This document shows, piece after piece, positions 51,009-63,345 of a stretch of 64,000 nucleotides of DNA. Position 1 is the first letter of the stretch; the number at the start of each line of letters is the position of its first letter. This stretch comes from Octopus bimaculoides. Lineage: Eukaryota. A program made the translations under genes and the position numbers. The notes under the pieces were generated by a model. It had not been told where the DNA came from. It did not search any database and worked only from the letters and a program-made list of their open reading frames with translations. The stretch spans positions 78,765,237 through 78,829,236 of the forward strand of contig NC_068982.1 of the NCBI RefSeq assembly GCF_001194135.2, given 5' to 3'.

Positions 51009-51444
51009 GTGTTCAGATTTTTGTCATTCTAAAGAAAAATATTGTCTGCATTAAGGGATGGTATATAATTGGTTTATTTATCTTGTTATGTCAATGAAAT
51101 TATCTAAATTGTTTGAAATAACAAACCTTCACTTCACATACAAGTGATCATAATTTGGATTAGTTTTTGCTTGTTTTATTGTATATAGTCTACTGGAATA
51201 CATCTTATAAATGTTCACTTGTCAAGTCCTGGTGTGACTTCAGATAAACTTTATTTGATTCAATGTCTTAACTGAAATTCATTTCTGTTCTTTTTGTCAT
51301 TTTTTTTTTTTTTTTGGTTTAAAAGTTTGTAACATTTACTAAAAATATTTGATAATTTGTGATTTAATGCCTATATTAAGCTCAAGCATTTTAGCAGAGA
51401 ATTGTTGTATTTGATAATGTTATCTATTAATCTAATTCTTACCA

Positions 51445-51838
51445 AAGGCATGGTTGAGCAGCTTGTTTCCCAACTATGTGGTTCAGTTCCACTACTTAGC
51501 ACCAAGGGCAAGTGTGTTCTACTATAGCCCTGGGTTGACCAAATCCATGTGATTGGATTTGATAGATGGAAACTAAAAGAAGCCTGTTGTGTGTATGTGT
51601 ATTTGTGTGTACCTTTTGTTTTAACATAATGTGATGATTGTAAACAAACAGTACCCTCATCTAAGCAGTGTTGTTTGTTTCCAGTCTTCTATCAAAAACA
51701 TGTCTGGCCATGGTGGAAATATCAAGTGAGGATGGCATCAGGAAAAGACTCTGACTGTAGAAAATCTGCTTTAATAAATTCTGTTTTACCCAGGTGAGCA
51801 TAGAAAAGTGAACATTAAACGATGATGGTGATGATGAT
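51445..51838 (+). mobile_element. tRNA/CORE-type SINE, near full length
   Basis: ggttcagttcc, gggcaagtgtgttctactatagccc core, tail aacattaaac(GAT)n. Confidence 0.85.
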
Positions 51839-51929
51839 TATTATCTTTGAAACTTCAAATCGTTATTCAAAAAAATTTTGGTTTTGTTTTTAGTAGTTTT
51901 ACTATATTCCATTCCACTGTAGCAATATG

Positions 51930-51969
<40 letters not shown>

Positions 51970-52150
51970 TTAGCGTCTGCTTTCTATGCTGGCATGGGTT
52001 AGACGATTTGACTGAAACTAGTAAGCTGTAGGGCCATGCCCAGTTCCAATCTGATTTGGCATGGTTTCTATGACTGGATGCCCTTCCTAGTGCCAACTAC
52101 TCCAAGAGTGTAATGGATGCTTCTTACATGCCACTGGCATGGTGCCAGTT
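51930..52150 (-). mobile_element. 3' end of an RTE LINE with a long (CAT)n tail
   Basis: Reverse complement of 36020-36200; (CAT)13 at 51931-51969. Confidence 0.85.
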
Positions 52151-52963
52151 ACATGATAGTGGCCACAACTATGATTTCACTTGATGGGTATATCAGCCAA
52201 GACATTCTACAACAAACAAGATGAGGACAAATATCCATCAATTGTAAATGTAAAATATACTTCGCTGAATGTATTGACAATTTAGAGAGAGGGGTGGGGA
52301 GAGAGAGGGAGAGAGATTCTGTACTTCTATCTGTTTTACTAATGTTACCCTTTAATGAATGGATGGGAAAATTCATACACATCATGCATGTTGTTTTGTT
52401 GTATATGCTTTGGTTGTATTATTCTCTGCTTAGAACAGTTTCATTATTACCAAGTAAGCTGAATTTGCTATTTTCAGACATTCTGATCTAGTCTCTTGTA
52501 TTAATATATCATACCTCTTGTAATTGGAACCATTACAGCTATTTATTTTTAGTTCTAGTTTCTACTCTACATAACGACCTGCATAAATTGACATTATTTA
52601 GTGAGTGTGAAACAATGACTGCCTCAACCATTTTGTTTTTTCCTGTCTTTGTTCTTCATATAAATTCCTTTTTGATGAAACAGATGAGAAGGTTTCTTTT
52701 CATAAAAATTTTATCAACAGCTGCTGTAAAAATAGTTCTCAGTTTCTGTGTTAGTGAAAGAGTTTGACTGAATTTGCTATTGAGGGTGAATTGGGATTCC
52801 CTTCATGTACTGAATAAAATATCTTTTGGAGGAAACAATGACTCACAACTAAAATTTCAAATCAAACATTAAAGCTGTTTATTATCAAAGCATCATGAAA
52901 GAAATGTCTAAACAATTTTAATACTACTGTCCCTTTTCCTCTCTCTCTCTCTCTCTCTCTCTC

Positions 52964-53344
52964 NNNNNNNNNNNNNNNNNNNNNNNNNNNNNNNNNNNNN
53001 NNNNNNNNNNNNNNNNNNNNNNNNNNNNNNNNNNNNNNNNNNNNNNNNNNNNNNNNNNNNNNNNNNNNNNNNNNNNNNNNNNNNNNNNNNNNNNNNNNNN
53101 NNNNNNNNNNNNNNNNNNNNNNNNNNNNNNNNNNNNNNNNNNNNNNNNNNNNNNNNNNNNNNNNNNNNNNNNNNNNNNNNNNNNNNNNNNNNNNNNNNNN
53201 NNNNNNNNNNNNNNNNNNNNNNNNNNNNNNNNNNNNNNNNNNNNNNNNNNNNNNNNNNNNNNNNNNNNNNNNNNNNNNNNNNNNNNNNNNNNNNNNNNNN
53301 NNNNNNNNNNNNNNNNNNNNNNNNNNNNNNNNNNNNNNNNNNNN
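52964..53344. other. Assembly gap (381 N) between (CT)n and (AC)n
   Basis: N run. Confidence 0.99.
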
Positions 53345-53492
53345 ACACACACACATGACTGACTTCTTTCAGTTTCTGTCTACCAAATCCACTCACAAGG
53401 ATTTGGTTGGCCCAAGGCTACAGTAGAAGGCACTTGCCCAAGGTGTCAAGCAGTGGGACTCAACCCAGAACCTTGTGGCTGGAAGCATGCTT
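53345..53492 (-). mobile_element. SINE head and core
   Basis: ttctttcagtttctgtctaccaaatccactcacaagg...cacttgcccaagg...gggactcaacc. Confidence 0.85.
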
Positions 53493-54035
53493 TGTACGAC
53501 ACGCCCTCTTTTTTTGATTTCATAAAGTCATTTTGAATGGATTACTTAACCCTTATGTTAAAATGTATTTCTAACTAAAAAGGCTCAGCTATGAGTTTGA
53601 ATTAGATTTTAAAATAATGAGAATTTAGCCTGGTTTCATAAAACAATAGTAACTTTTTTGTTAAATGCTATATGAAGGAGTAGTGGTGGTCGAAACCCAA
53701 CTTCACTAAACAAATGGGTTCATACATAAATGTTTATTTCAAATCTACTATAATTACAGATAAATTCAATGAAATGTAAATTCATTTAAATATCAAATGA
53801 AACCATTTATTAACCAATATTCAATAGGGATACACTACAGAATTATAGTGTGGAAGAAATGCATGTTATTGGATTTTCAGTGGAGCAGGGGGGAGGGGGC
53901 ATATAAAACAGGCAGATTAACGCAAAATAAATTTATCCAAATGCCTGAAGAAAACTATAAAATGAAATATATTAAATTCATGCATATGTAGAAGCATGCA
54001 CACACGCATAATAATGATGCACTAATACAAGAAGT

Positions 54036-54250
54036 TCATCATCATTTAATGTTCACATTCTCTGCTGGCATGGGTTGGATGGTTTGACAGAATCTGATGG
54101 GTTTTAGAACTGCTTTGTGCAGTTTTTGTGGCATCGATGCTTATGAGATCGCTATTTCACCTGCAAGAGTAATATCCCATTTGACGGTAGAGAGGATGGT
54201 AGCTTTATGCTATGGGATGAGGGGTTAAAGTGAGGTAGGGTTTTACAACA
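54036..54250 (-). mobile_element. RTE-type tail fragment, probably family B
   Basis: catcatcatttaatg...gctggcatgggttggatggtttgacag; gaggatggtagctttatgc similar to 41540. Confidence 0.55.
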
Positions 54251-54309
54251 GGATGCCTTCATCTTTTTCCATGTTGGGGATATTTTTTTTTTATTCTATG
54301 TGTCTTTAA

Positions 54310-54501
54310 CCCTTTAGCATTCAGATTGTTTTGTCAAATATAATGCTTATTTATTCACATTGTTTAGAATTAATCAGGCATTATCTTTGAGATTTTGACA
54401 AGGTGTTTGTATATATTTCAAATGATATTGTAGGGTATGTGTAAGAGGTCAGAAACAATAGAACATTTGGGCCAGGTATGGCTGGTTTAAATGCTAAAGT
54501 G
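54310..54501. mobile_element. piggyBac-type MITE family 1 copy
   Basis: TTAA|CCCTTTAGCATTCAG...AATGCTAAAGTG|TTAT. Confidence 0.85.
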
Positions 54502-54612
54502 TTATAAGTGTAGAGTGACAGGTTATAATGTAAACAGTAATTTGTCATTTTGCTCTAGTGCTAACAAGTGAAGCTGGGGGATGTTAGCAGTCACACATAT
54601 TTGCATGTGCAT

Positions 54613-54851
54613 ATCATCATCATCATCACCATTTTGTGTTAGCTTTCCATACTGGTATGGATTGAATGATTCAACAGGATCCAATGGGTAGGCGAACCAC
54701 ATCATTTGCATGTGTAATTTAAGGCTTCCATGCTATCTGTCAGAATTATAAATGAACACACTTGCTCCAGGTACTGCATAGTGGAAGTGAATCTGAAACC
54801 ATGTGGTTGCAAAAGAAACTGCTTAGTCATGACTGCCCTGCCTGTACCTGT
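54613..54851 (-). mobile_element. Degraded RTE-type tail plus SINE head
   Basis: (ATC)n and tttccatactggtatgg at 54613-54680; acacttgctccagg...aaccatgtgg...cctgtacc at 54757-54851. Confidence 0.6.
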
Positions 54852-55286
54852 ATTTTATAAATATAAATTATGTAAAGATGATATTATTTTGCATGGAAAT
54901 TTGTAAAACATTTCACTTTGGATAATGCAACTCTGTGGAATGCACATTGGAAGGTAATTTCAGGTGACCATTCCATTGGGTGTTTCGGTTTTTTCTTATG
55001 TTGGTCATTCTCAGCAGTCTTTTGTGCCATCAAGATGCTTTATGGCAATGGGCACCACTGAGAGGGATATTCCTCTGGCAGGTTTTTAAAGCTCCCTCCA
55101 CAAAGTTTCGAAATTTTTTTTTTAGAATGATCTGCTCTCAGGTCAGTTGCTCAGAACTGCAGATAGTTCTTTACTTTTGAGTCTCTTACAGTCTGGTGTT
55201 CATAATTGTCACATTTACCCAGCTATCACCACCACTCAGTTCCCTCTCTACCAGCTTTGTGTGTGTGTGTGTGGTAGTAGTAGTAG

Positions 55287-55795
55287 CTCATTGTTAATCC
55301 ATAAGTCTAGCTCATTGTCTCATTCATCAACCTTGATAGCTATCTGCATTGCCTCATTTAGCAGTCTTGTTCATTGTCTCATTCATCAGTCTCGCTTGTC
55401 TTGTTCATCAGTCTTGTTTGTTGTTTTGTTCATCTGTCTCGTTCATCAGTCTTGTTTATTGTCTCGTTCATCAGTCTCGCTTGTTTTCTTGTTCATCAGT
55501 CTCATTTGTCTCATTCATCACTCATGCTCATTGTCTCATTCACCAGTCTCACTTGTCTGGTTCATCAGCCTCACTTGTGTTCATCAGCCTCGCTCATTGT
55601 GTCGTTCATCAGTCTTACTTGTTGCGTTCATCTGTCTTGTTAGTTGTTGCATTCATCAGTCTCACTTGTTTTATTCATCAGTCTCGCTCATTATCTTGTT
55701 CATCAGTCTTGCTCAGCTCATTCAACAGTCTCTTCATCAGTCTTGTTTTTTTGTCTCATTCATCAGTCTTGTTCATTATCTCATTCATCCGGTCT
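55287..55795. repeat. Complex minisatellite built on TTCATCAGTC(TCG), about 20 units of variable length
   Basis: 13 exact TTCATCAG cores plus about 7 variants by manual count, separated by CTCATTGTCTCG / CTTGTCTCG-like sub-units. Confidence 0.9.
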
Positions 55796-56020
55796 ACATC
55801 AACCTTTTATTGTGGTAGCCAAGGTTTATGTTGCCTGATTTCCATCCTGGCTAAGCACTATGTTTGACTGAAAGGATTAAAAAGAAATTTGTTTGATATT
55901 AAGTTATATAAGAAAGCAGAAATAAGTGAATCTTTGTTTCTGTTTTAATGTTTGTATGTTCTTAGTTTTGTTAATTCTTTTGATTAAATCTCCGATAGTT
56001 TTTATCTCTTAATTCCCTAA

Positions 56021-56230
56021 CCTTTAATACCAACCTGCCAGAGATTGCCCTTGGTTCTTTGACACAAACTTCTTGATTTAAACTGATCTAAATTAAAAAC
56101 TTCCATCAAAATTCCTTATGTTCTAAACACCAGCTTGATAATGACAGTGTTATTTTTAATTTTTCATTATTTTCAAAATTAATTGAAATAAAAGGCAGCA
56201 TGCTTCAATAAAAATATGGTAACATGAGCA
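56021..56230. mobile_element. piggyBac-type MITE family 2 copy
   Basis: CTAA|CCTTTAATACC...GGTAACATGAGCA|TTAA. Confidence 0.7.
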
Positions 56231-56522
56231 TTAAAATTCTTCTCAGAATGAGGAACTGTGATTTTGACTATATTAGGAATGAAGGTTACCAAACCAAAAT
56301 ATGAATAATTTTTTAAATGTTATTTGGTCACCTCACAACACAAAACATATCTGTACTCCACAAATATCTAACTTTAAGATCAACACTTAACCAATAGAAA
56401 AACCAGAGTACTTTATGTAATTGAGTGCCAATAATATTACTATTTATCATTTCACCCACTTGGTTTGGTGTTTATTTCTTTGCCCATCACTATCTTGTGT
56501 TACTTCATGTAGGATGATTCAA

Positions 56523-56747
56523 CCCTTTTGATACCAACTTATCACAGATCACCCTTGATAATCTAATGCAAGCTTACTATTTTAAAATGATCTTAATTAT
56601 AACCTTCTATCAAAGTTCCAAGTTAATTTATTTTCCAGATTCTAGCGCAATAATGACAAAGTTATTTTACTAAATTCTTAATTATTTTCGCAATTAATTA
56701 AAACAATGTTAGTATAGTGTTTCACTAAAAATATAGTAACAAAATGG
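56523..56747. mobile_element. piggyBac-type MITE family 2 copy (225 bp)
   Basis: TCAA|CCCTTTTGATACC...AGTAACAAAATGG|TTAA; collinear with 56021-56230. Confidence 0.75.
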
Positions 56748-59389
56748 TTAACTACTTATATTTCAAATGTTTGTCAAATATCCCTCTGATGTTTTAGTGC
56801 TCGACTGTTTACTGTAACTAGGTTATTGCATTTAGTTAAACAATTAGTTCACGATGGTAAGATTGTTTGTTGTGCTTGTAATTGGGCTCTTATTGACTTC
56901 AGGAGAGCTACTTTAACTCTAGCATTGATTTCTCTTTGTAGCAGTATCATAAACCTATCAAGTGAATTCCTCAATTCACTGTTTGCAGGCTTGTACTTTA
57001 AACATAACTTTATTTACTACATTAACAACATAAGCAAGAAAATCATTGTTACCCAAAATTTCAATTTTATTTAGGTTTCCCTTAAAGTTTCAGTAAAAAC
57101 ATTAAGACAAAAAAAAAAAAAAGAGAACTAAAGATTAAAAACAAGCCTACTTGTTCAAATCTTGCAAAAATAGCAATGTTAAATGAAAAATATTCTGTAT
57201 AATTTGTTTACATAATAAAATTTAATGGAACAAGTTTTTCTATGTGTTTCTATATATAATATGATGATAAATAAATATGAATATAAATCCAGCAAATACA
57301 GTATAAGTTGGTAGAAAAGGGAATTAAAGTATTAAAGAGAAGATTAAATTCATTTACCATAAAAATATTTGGAACATTAGTTAACATGGTGGTGGTTGTT
57401 TTGAATCAATTCAAATGGAAAATTATTACTGATGTTGTAATCTATTTTAAATGGTCCTTATGGCTCTGATCAAAACTGCAGATTTTTCAATTATATATAA
57501 TAGCATTGATCTTTAGATGACGCTTATAATTTGGTTCTGCCATGTCTAGCATGTTTTACCAAATTGTTAGTAAGATGTAAACATGTTTTGAAATGTTCAA
57601 TTAGAAAATTTAATTTCCAAACCATTGTGGCAAATTGGCAGGGTTATATGAGTGTTGGATAGAATGGTAGAGTACCTTATGGTATTTGTTCTAGTCCTCT
57701 GTGTTTGAGTTCCAATTCGACTAATATCAACTTAGGTTAAAAAAAAAAAAATACCAATCCAGTGCTCTGGATTGGTAGAACTGTTAGAGAATTGGGAAAT
57801 ATGTCTTGTTCTTTGTTTTGGCTTTTTGTATTCTGGCAGAAACACCTGCAATGACGCTGGTGCCAAGATGTATTGATTAAAATCAGCAGCCTTTCTCTTG
57901 GATAAACACTGGTGGCATGGATAGGAGAGACTTGTAGGTGACCAGTCTTCCTCAAAAAATTCAGCCAAGCTTGTACATGTATATGTAAGACACATAAACA
58001 GCTTGCCAAACCTAACATCAGAAATAGGGTATTTTTAGTTGAGTGTAATAATGAAGAGCTAGTAGTGCTTAGTTTGTTATTTCACTGGAGCACAAACCAA
58101 TATAATTACTTTTCCTTTGTTCATATTTTACCAATGTGAATTTAGATTCCTCTTACTTGTTTATTATTTAGTAGGCCTCACTTTTCTCTTATACTTATGG
58201 TCATCCACAATTACATTCACATTCTTCAAAAGAACCATTAATGGTATTAGATCTCACTATCCTGTGAAAGCCATGGTCACTAATCTTTCCTCAGCACTTT
58301 GCAAATAATAATAATAATAAAAGTCAGTTCTTTAGAATTCTGTCAGCATTAATACTTGTTTACTAATTATTTTTGTTATGGCTGCATTCTCTTTCAGAGT
58401 TTCTAATTATTCCTTATACATTCTGGCATATTTGATTGTAAATATGCTGTTCACTGTCATGTTTGTCACAGGGGAACAAGTCATTAGTGCAAAGGATTCT
58501 GGGACACCAGCGTTTCAGTATATTGTGTCTTGTCAGCCAGAAGCAGCCTTGGATCAATGAATCTAACAAGCTGATGGGAGTTGTTTATAATTTCAGTAAA
58601 CAACTTGTTTGCTGATCCATACTGATGTCTGCCAACCAATAATAACACAAGTCACTGTTTAGAATCTCGCTCTTCACTGTGCATATGAACAATTTATTTC
58701 TGCCTGTTTGTAGACATTGTAAAAACAGCTAACATTATTTTTGTTTTTGACCCCTTCATCTTTAGTCTTGAAATTTTCTGTTAAAGTTTATTGTATAAAC
58801 AATCTATGTTAAACATTTGTAACAATATGTTCATTATATTTCTCACTGTTTCACTCCATTTTCTTGTGAATTGTGTGTAGTTCTTGATCTGTTCTTGTCA
58901 GTAGATATTTGCGAAATGAAATATTGATAGACCATTAGTTAACCTAAAATTATTGTTTGTAATTTATTATTTCATGACGTTAAAGATTATCTCTTGTTAG
59001 AATCCAAAATACGTTTAATCGTATTTAATTATTTTTCACCCTTATTTGCCTTAATGAGAAGTTCTCTGTCAACTAGTAAATTTTATCTCTGATAAAATAG
59101 TAGCCCTGCCACATTTTCCTTCCTATTTTAACCCTTTAATCAAATATCTCGATTGGTTTATTTTTTATCTTCTTTCTTTGTTTTTATTTTTATTTATTCT
59201 GTTTTTTTATTTTTCTCCAATAATCAATAAATTATTGAAATGAAATCTATCTGGTCATCAGTGTAATCTATCAAGCAATCAGTTGGTAGAATTTTTCTTA
59301 ATTTTTCCTGCATTTAATTAACAATTCCTCTGTCAAATATTTGCATGATAAAAAATTTTTTCCCTTTTTTCTGTGTTTTTCTTTTACAG

Positions 59390-59538
59390 AAGAGCTAGCA
59401 ACATACCTACGTTATGTACGCCGTCTAGACTTTTTCGAAACTCCAGATTATGAATACTTGCGGAAATTGTTCACAGATCTCATGAACAGAATGAACATTA
59501 AATGTGATTGGGAATTTGATTGGACTGGCCGACAGTTG
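59390..59538 (+). CDS. CSNK1G: Casein kinase I gamma, coding exon completing the kinase domain (149 nt, phase 1 to 0)
   Basis: ttttacAG|AA GAG CTA...CAG TTG|GTAAGT. Translates (E)[49 protein letters not shown]. Confidence 0.97.
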
Positions 59539-60820
59539 GTAAGTTTTAAATACAGATATGCTGGTCAGCTAACATTCATTTGTATAATAGATTATATATA
59601 GGATGGAAAATACTTTGATTGTACATGATTGTTTTAGAATATTCATCTTGTTGCAATGACTCTCTAGTATCGTTACATTTCTATCTGAGCGAACAATATC
59701 TTGTTATGGTTACAGTGTATTTTTTAGAAATGTAAGTCTTATATCTCTCATGTGTTAGAAGTAGAGTTTGAATAGGTCAGTGAAAGATGGTCATTGAATG
59801 TGATGGGTTGTGTATTTTGTAAAATTTCTGGGATGCATTTAATTTGGGAGCAATCTATGGAATATGTTTGAAAATAGAGGCACAAGTTATATTAATGTTG
59901 ATACATGGTTAGTTAATAAAAATGTAGTCAGCACAGAAATTTGTTGGGTAATTTTGGTTAGTTCTTACCTTTTTTTCTCACTGAAGTATTTAATCCAGTA
60001 TTTAATAGTGAGTTAATTTCAGTACTTTGCAAAAGAATAGCTTGAAGCAAGGTTAGGATATTATATCAGGAATTGAAACAAGATCTTTCTTTTAGAAGGT
60101 AGTAGTAAGACAAGGTAATAAGAGCTAGAGTCTATCTACCCTTGCCTAAACATGAAATTATTTCTTCAGAATTAACTGGAGACAATTAATTAAATGAGAT
60201 AACTAAAGAACATCTAAAGTGAATAGCTAATAATTCCATTTTGTTCATTTTGATATGAAGGAGGGTTTGGACTAAATGTATCAATCTGGGATTTCTGTGG
60301 CATATTGCCAACTTAGTGAAGAAACTATCAGCAGGAATTTGAGAAGAAGTAAACATTAAGTTTTTTGTGAATTTTGTTGACTCACCTTGTTAGCTATTTT
60401 TGAATGTGATCTATAACACAGAGCTGGTCAAAGGGTTGCTCAGTTGAACTTCTATGTAATAGATTCTGTCCTCATATTTAGCACAGAATAGATAGTCTTT
60501 ACTAAGACAGTTAAAGAGCTATTGAGCAGTAGGATTGACTACTTTCAGTTAGACTGACTCAGAGAAGTCTATGTGTTGGTTTTTCATGATGTTAAGTATT
60601 GGTTTAGTATTCTATAAGTTATTTACTACAAATTGGTATTTTTCCTTTAAACATTTGCAAAAATAAGCAGAAACAAGAATAATAGTTCACCTGTGATAAA
60701 ATAGCAAAATTAAGAAACTTGACATAAGTAGTCAAGGAATTTTTTAAAAAAAAACAGCAAAGCAAAATCTACACTTACAAAGGTAATATATTTGTGTCAA
60801 TGTTGATTATTTTATCATTT

Positions 60821-60859
<39 letters not shown>

Positions 60860-61325
60860 TTGTGAGGGTTTCTCCCCCTCTCTAATAGTTCTTACATTTT
60901 ATATGGGTATTGGGGACACAAAAATGTATGCTAGAGAGGGGCATAGATTATGATCTGCACAGCTTTTGTTATTCTTTGTAACTCCTATTTAAATATTAAC
61001 TCTTAGATTTTAAATGTAATGTAATCTATAAACTTGTTTACTACAATCACAACTACATCAACAATAATAATAAACTTTGGAATGTGAATAAGAAAAATAA
61101 ACCAGACTGAACACATGCACAACCTACGTTCATAGTGGGGTAATGATGTAGTTGCTTGCATCAAGTTTGTATCCAGAGCTAAATTACTTTGATCTGATAT
61201 TATGGGTATGTATATTAAAAATAGTGGTCGACGGAGGGGATGTTGAATTGTAGTAAAGGTTGTGGAAAATGTGCTAAAAAAAGGAAAGGAGAGATAGTAA
61301 AAAAGTTTGAGAAGCACTTCTCTAA

Positions 61326-61503
61326 CCCTTTAACATTCACATTACTCTGTCAAATGTAATGCTTATTTGTTCACATTGTTTTGAATTATGCATTATCTTG
61401 TTTATGTGATTATTCATTTTAGAATGACATTGTAGGGTAGGTGTTTTGAACATAAAATGGGAAGAATATTTGGTCCTGATATGGCCAGTTTAAATGTTAA
61501 AGG
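61326..61503. mobile_element. piggyBac-type MITE family 1 copy with an internal deletion
   Basis: CTAA|CCCTTTAACATTC...AAATGTTAAAGG; internal match to 39079-39297. Confidence 0.8.
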
Positions 61504-63282
61504 AATATACAAGAATACACCAAGTCTCAAACATATATTACTTTACATATTTTTGGAGGCTTAAAAATATGGCAGTCTTTAACTACTCTGATAAGGGGAG
61601 AGGAATACTAGCTGTAATATGTTCAGTCTGTTGTTGGATTTAATTAGAAATCTGAAAATTAATATAGAATATTTTTGATTATATTTTACATCTCATACAT
61701 TGACTAGATGTATTGCTTTAAAATATATGTATATATTTATGTTTATTATTTAGATTATTGATTTGAAATATATCTTTAATGTTGTTATACTTACTTATAA
61801 ATTCATTAGCTTTGATAGAAGTAGTTTAAAAGAATTTGGAATGGTTTCAAGTATTTTGTCTGCTAGACTTGGCTTTAATAGTCCTTGTTTTGAAAGCTGT
61901 CATTTAATTGTAAAGATAGGATAAAACTGTTATTGATAAATAAAGGATATTTTTTATATTTCTTCTATTTCTCTCATTGTAAATACACTTGTTAATTCTA
62001 GTAAAAAAAAAAATTCACTGGCAGTAATTAGATGCTAGAATTTGCCATTTTACTGGTTAGACCTCCTATTGAAAACAACTAATTAAAGATTTTTCTAATT
62101 AAAACTTGTCATGTTATAGAATTGAATTGTGTATTTGTTTAGAGGCAATAAAGGGAATCACTAATAGCAATATGTCGTTGAAAAGATTTGCTAAAAGGTT
62201 TGGGTTTTTTTTGGATCTTGTCATTTCTGTTCCTGACTAGTTGGTTAAATATGAATGCAATATATATATATATATATAATATAAACTATGTTGACATGAT
62301 ATCAGTTATGTGTATGCATGGTGGTTTCTCTTTTTTTACTTTTTTCATTTACTTTATCCTTTTAATTTCAACTTTATTGTGCCAAATTGTCTTTGCATTA
62401 CTTTTAACAATTTCTTCTCTTCGCATTATGGCACGTCATCATATTCACTTGTTATTGTTTTTCTAAGCTAGCATGGGTTATAAACAGCTTTCTCTACCAT
62501 ACTTCTCCATATTGCCTATTCCTTAGCTGTCTGTTAATTCTTTAAATTCACGATAACTATCCTACTTTGTTCCAAAGTTTTTTTTTTTTATCTTTAATTC
62601 TCTGTTCTTGTGGTTTTCTTTATCATTGTTCACTCTATGTTCATACAGCTGTTTTTTTTAAATATTATGACAGCCTATAATACTTAAAAATTCTCAAATG
62701 TATCTTCATCATTATATTCTCATCAATCTATCAACTCTTAACATTCTGAACTTGCAAACAATGGACTGAACTTTCATTTCTTTTTTTGATATTACTGATC
62801 CTCTGTTTTTGCTGTTACATCCAGTTGTAATGTAACATACTGATTATAAAGAGGAAAAATAATTTCTTAAACACTTGGATGGCTGCTAAACATCACAATT
62901 TTTCAAATATTCAAGTATTCATTGTCATAGCTTTCATCAAAAGACTGGAAGCATAATTCCCTAATTTGGCCTGTTAATGAGTTGTTGCATGAACAATAAA
63001 CAATAAAATCACTGCATTTTATAGATTCTCTTGGCTGCTTCTATTATTAAAAAATTTGACTTCCATCCACTTTGCATTGTTTGTATATTAAGGAATCTTT
63101 TCAGATGCTGTAGATTTGTGGTTACCATTGAGCAAGATTGGACATTCTTGAAATTACAAATTCATATTTCTGTTTTAAACTTTCAAATGACATCTTGGGA
63201 GAAATTCATTGATAGACTATTCAGATTTCTTCTTCAAGAAAGAGGAATAAAACTTTGATGTACATAAAATTGCATTTACTTA

Positions 63283-63298
63283 GCGCGCGCGCACGCAC

Positions 63299-63344
<46 letters not shown>
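63283..63344. repeat. (GC)n(AC)n alternating purine-pyrimidine tract
   Basis: gcgcgcgcgc followed by (AC)n. Confidence 0.95.

Positions 63345-63345
<1 letters not shown>

Noticed and set aside
52862-53396. Long ORFs of 142-164 aa
   Set aside because: Almost entirely X from the 381-N gap.
55287-55795. CRISPR-like array or box C/D snoRNA cluster
   Set aside because: Inter-core sequences are variants of the same sub-units, not unique spacers; no cas genes; eukaryotic context. CTGATGA motifs are antisense to the host gene and lack proper C/D architecture.
55147-55867. Overlapping 223, 172 and 89 aa ORFs rich in S/H/L/V
   Set aside because: By-product of a minisatellite that lacks plus-strand stops; open in all three frames, with no domain or splice support.
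57805-57880. Strong-looking acceptor at 57839 followed by a short phase-1 ORF ending in TAA
   Set aside because: No convincing donor or homology; such tracts are common in T-rich intron.
63283-63344. Z-DNA-prone (GC)n(AC)n tract (also 26437-26470)
   Set aside because: Common microsatellite type here; no positional evidence of function.
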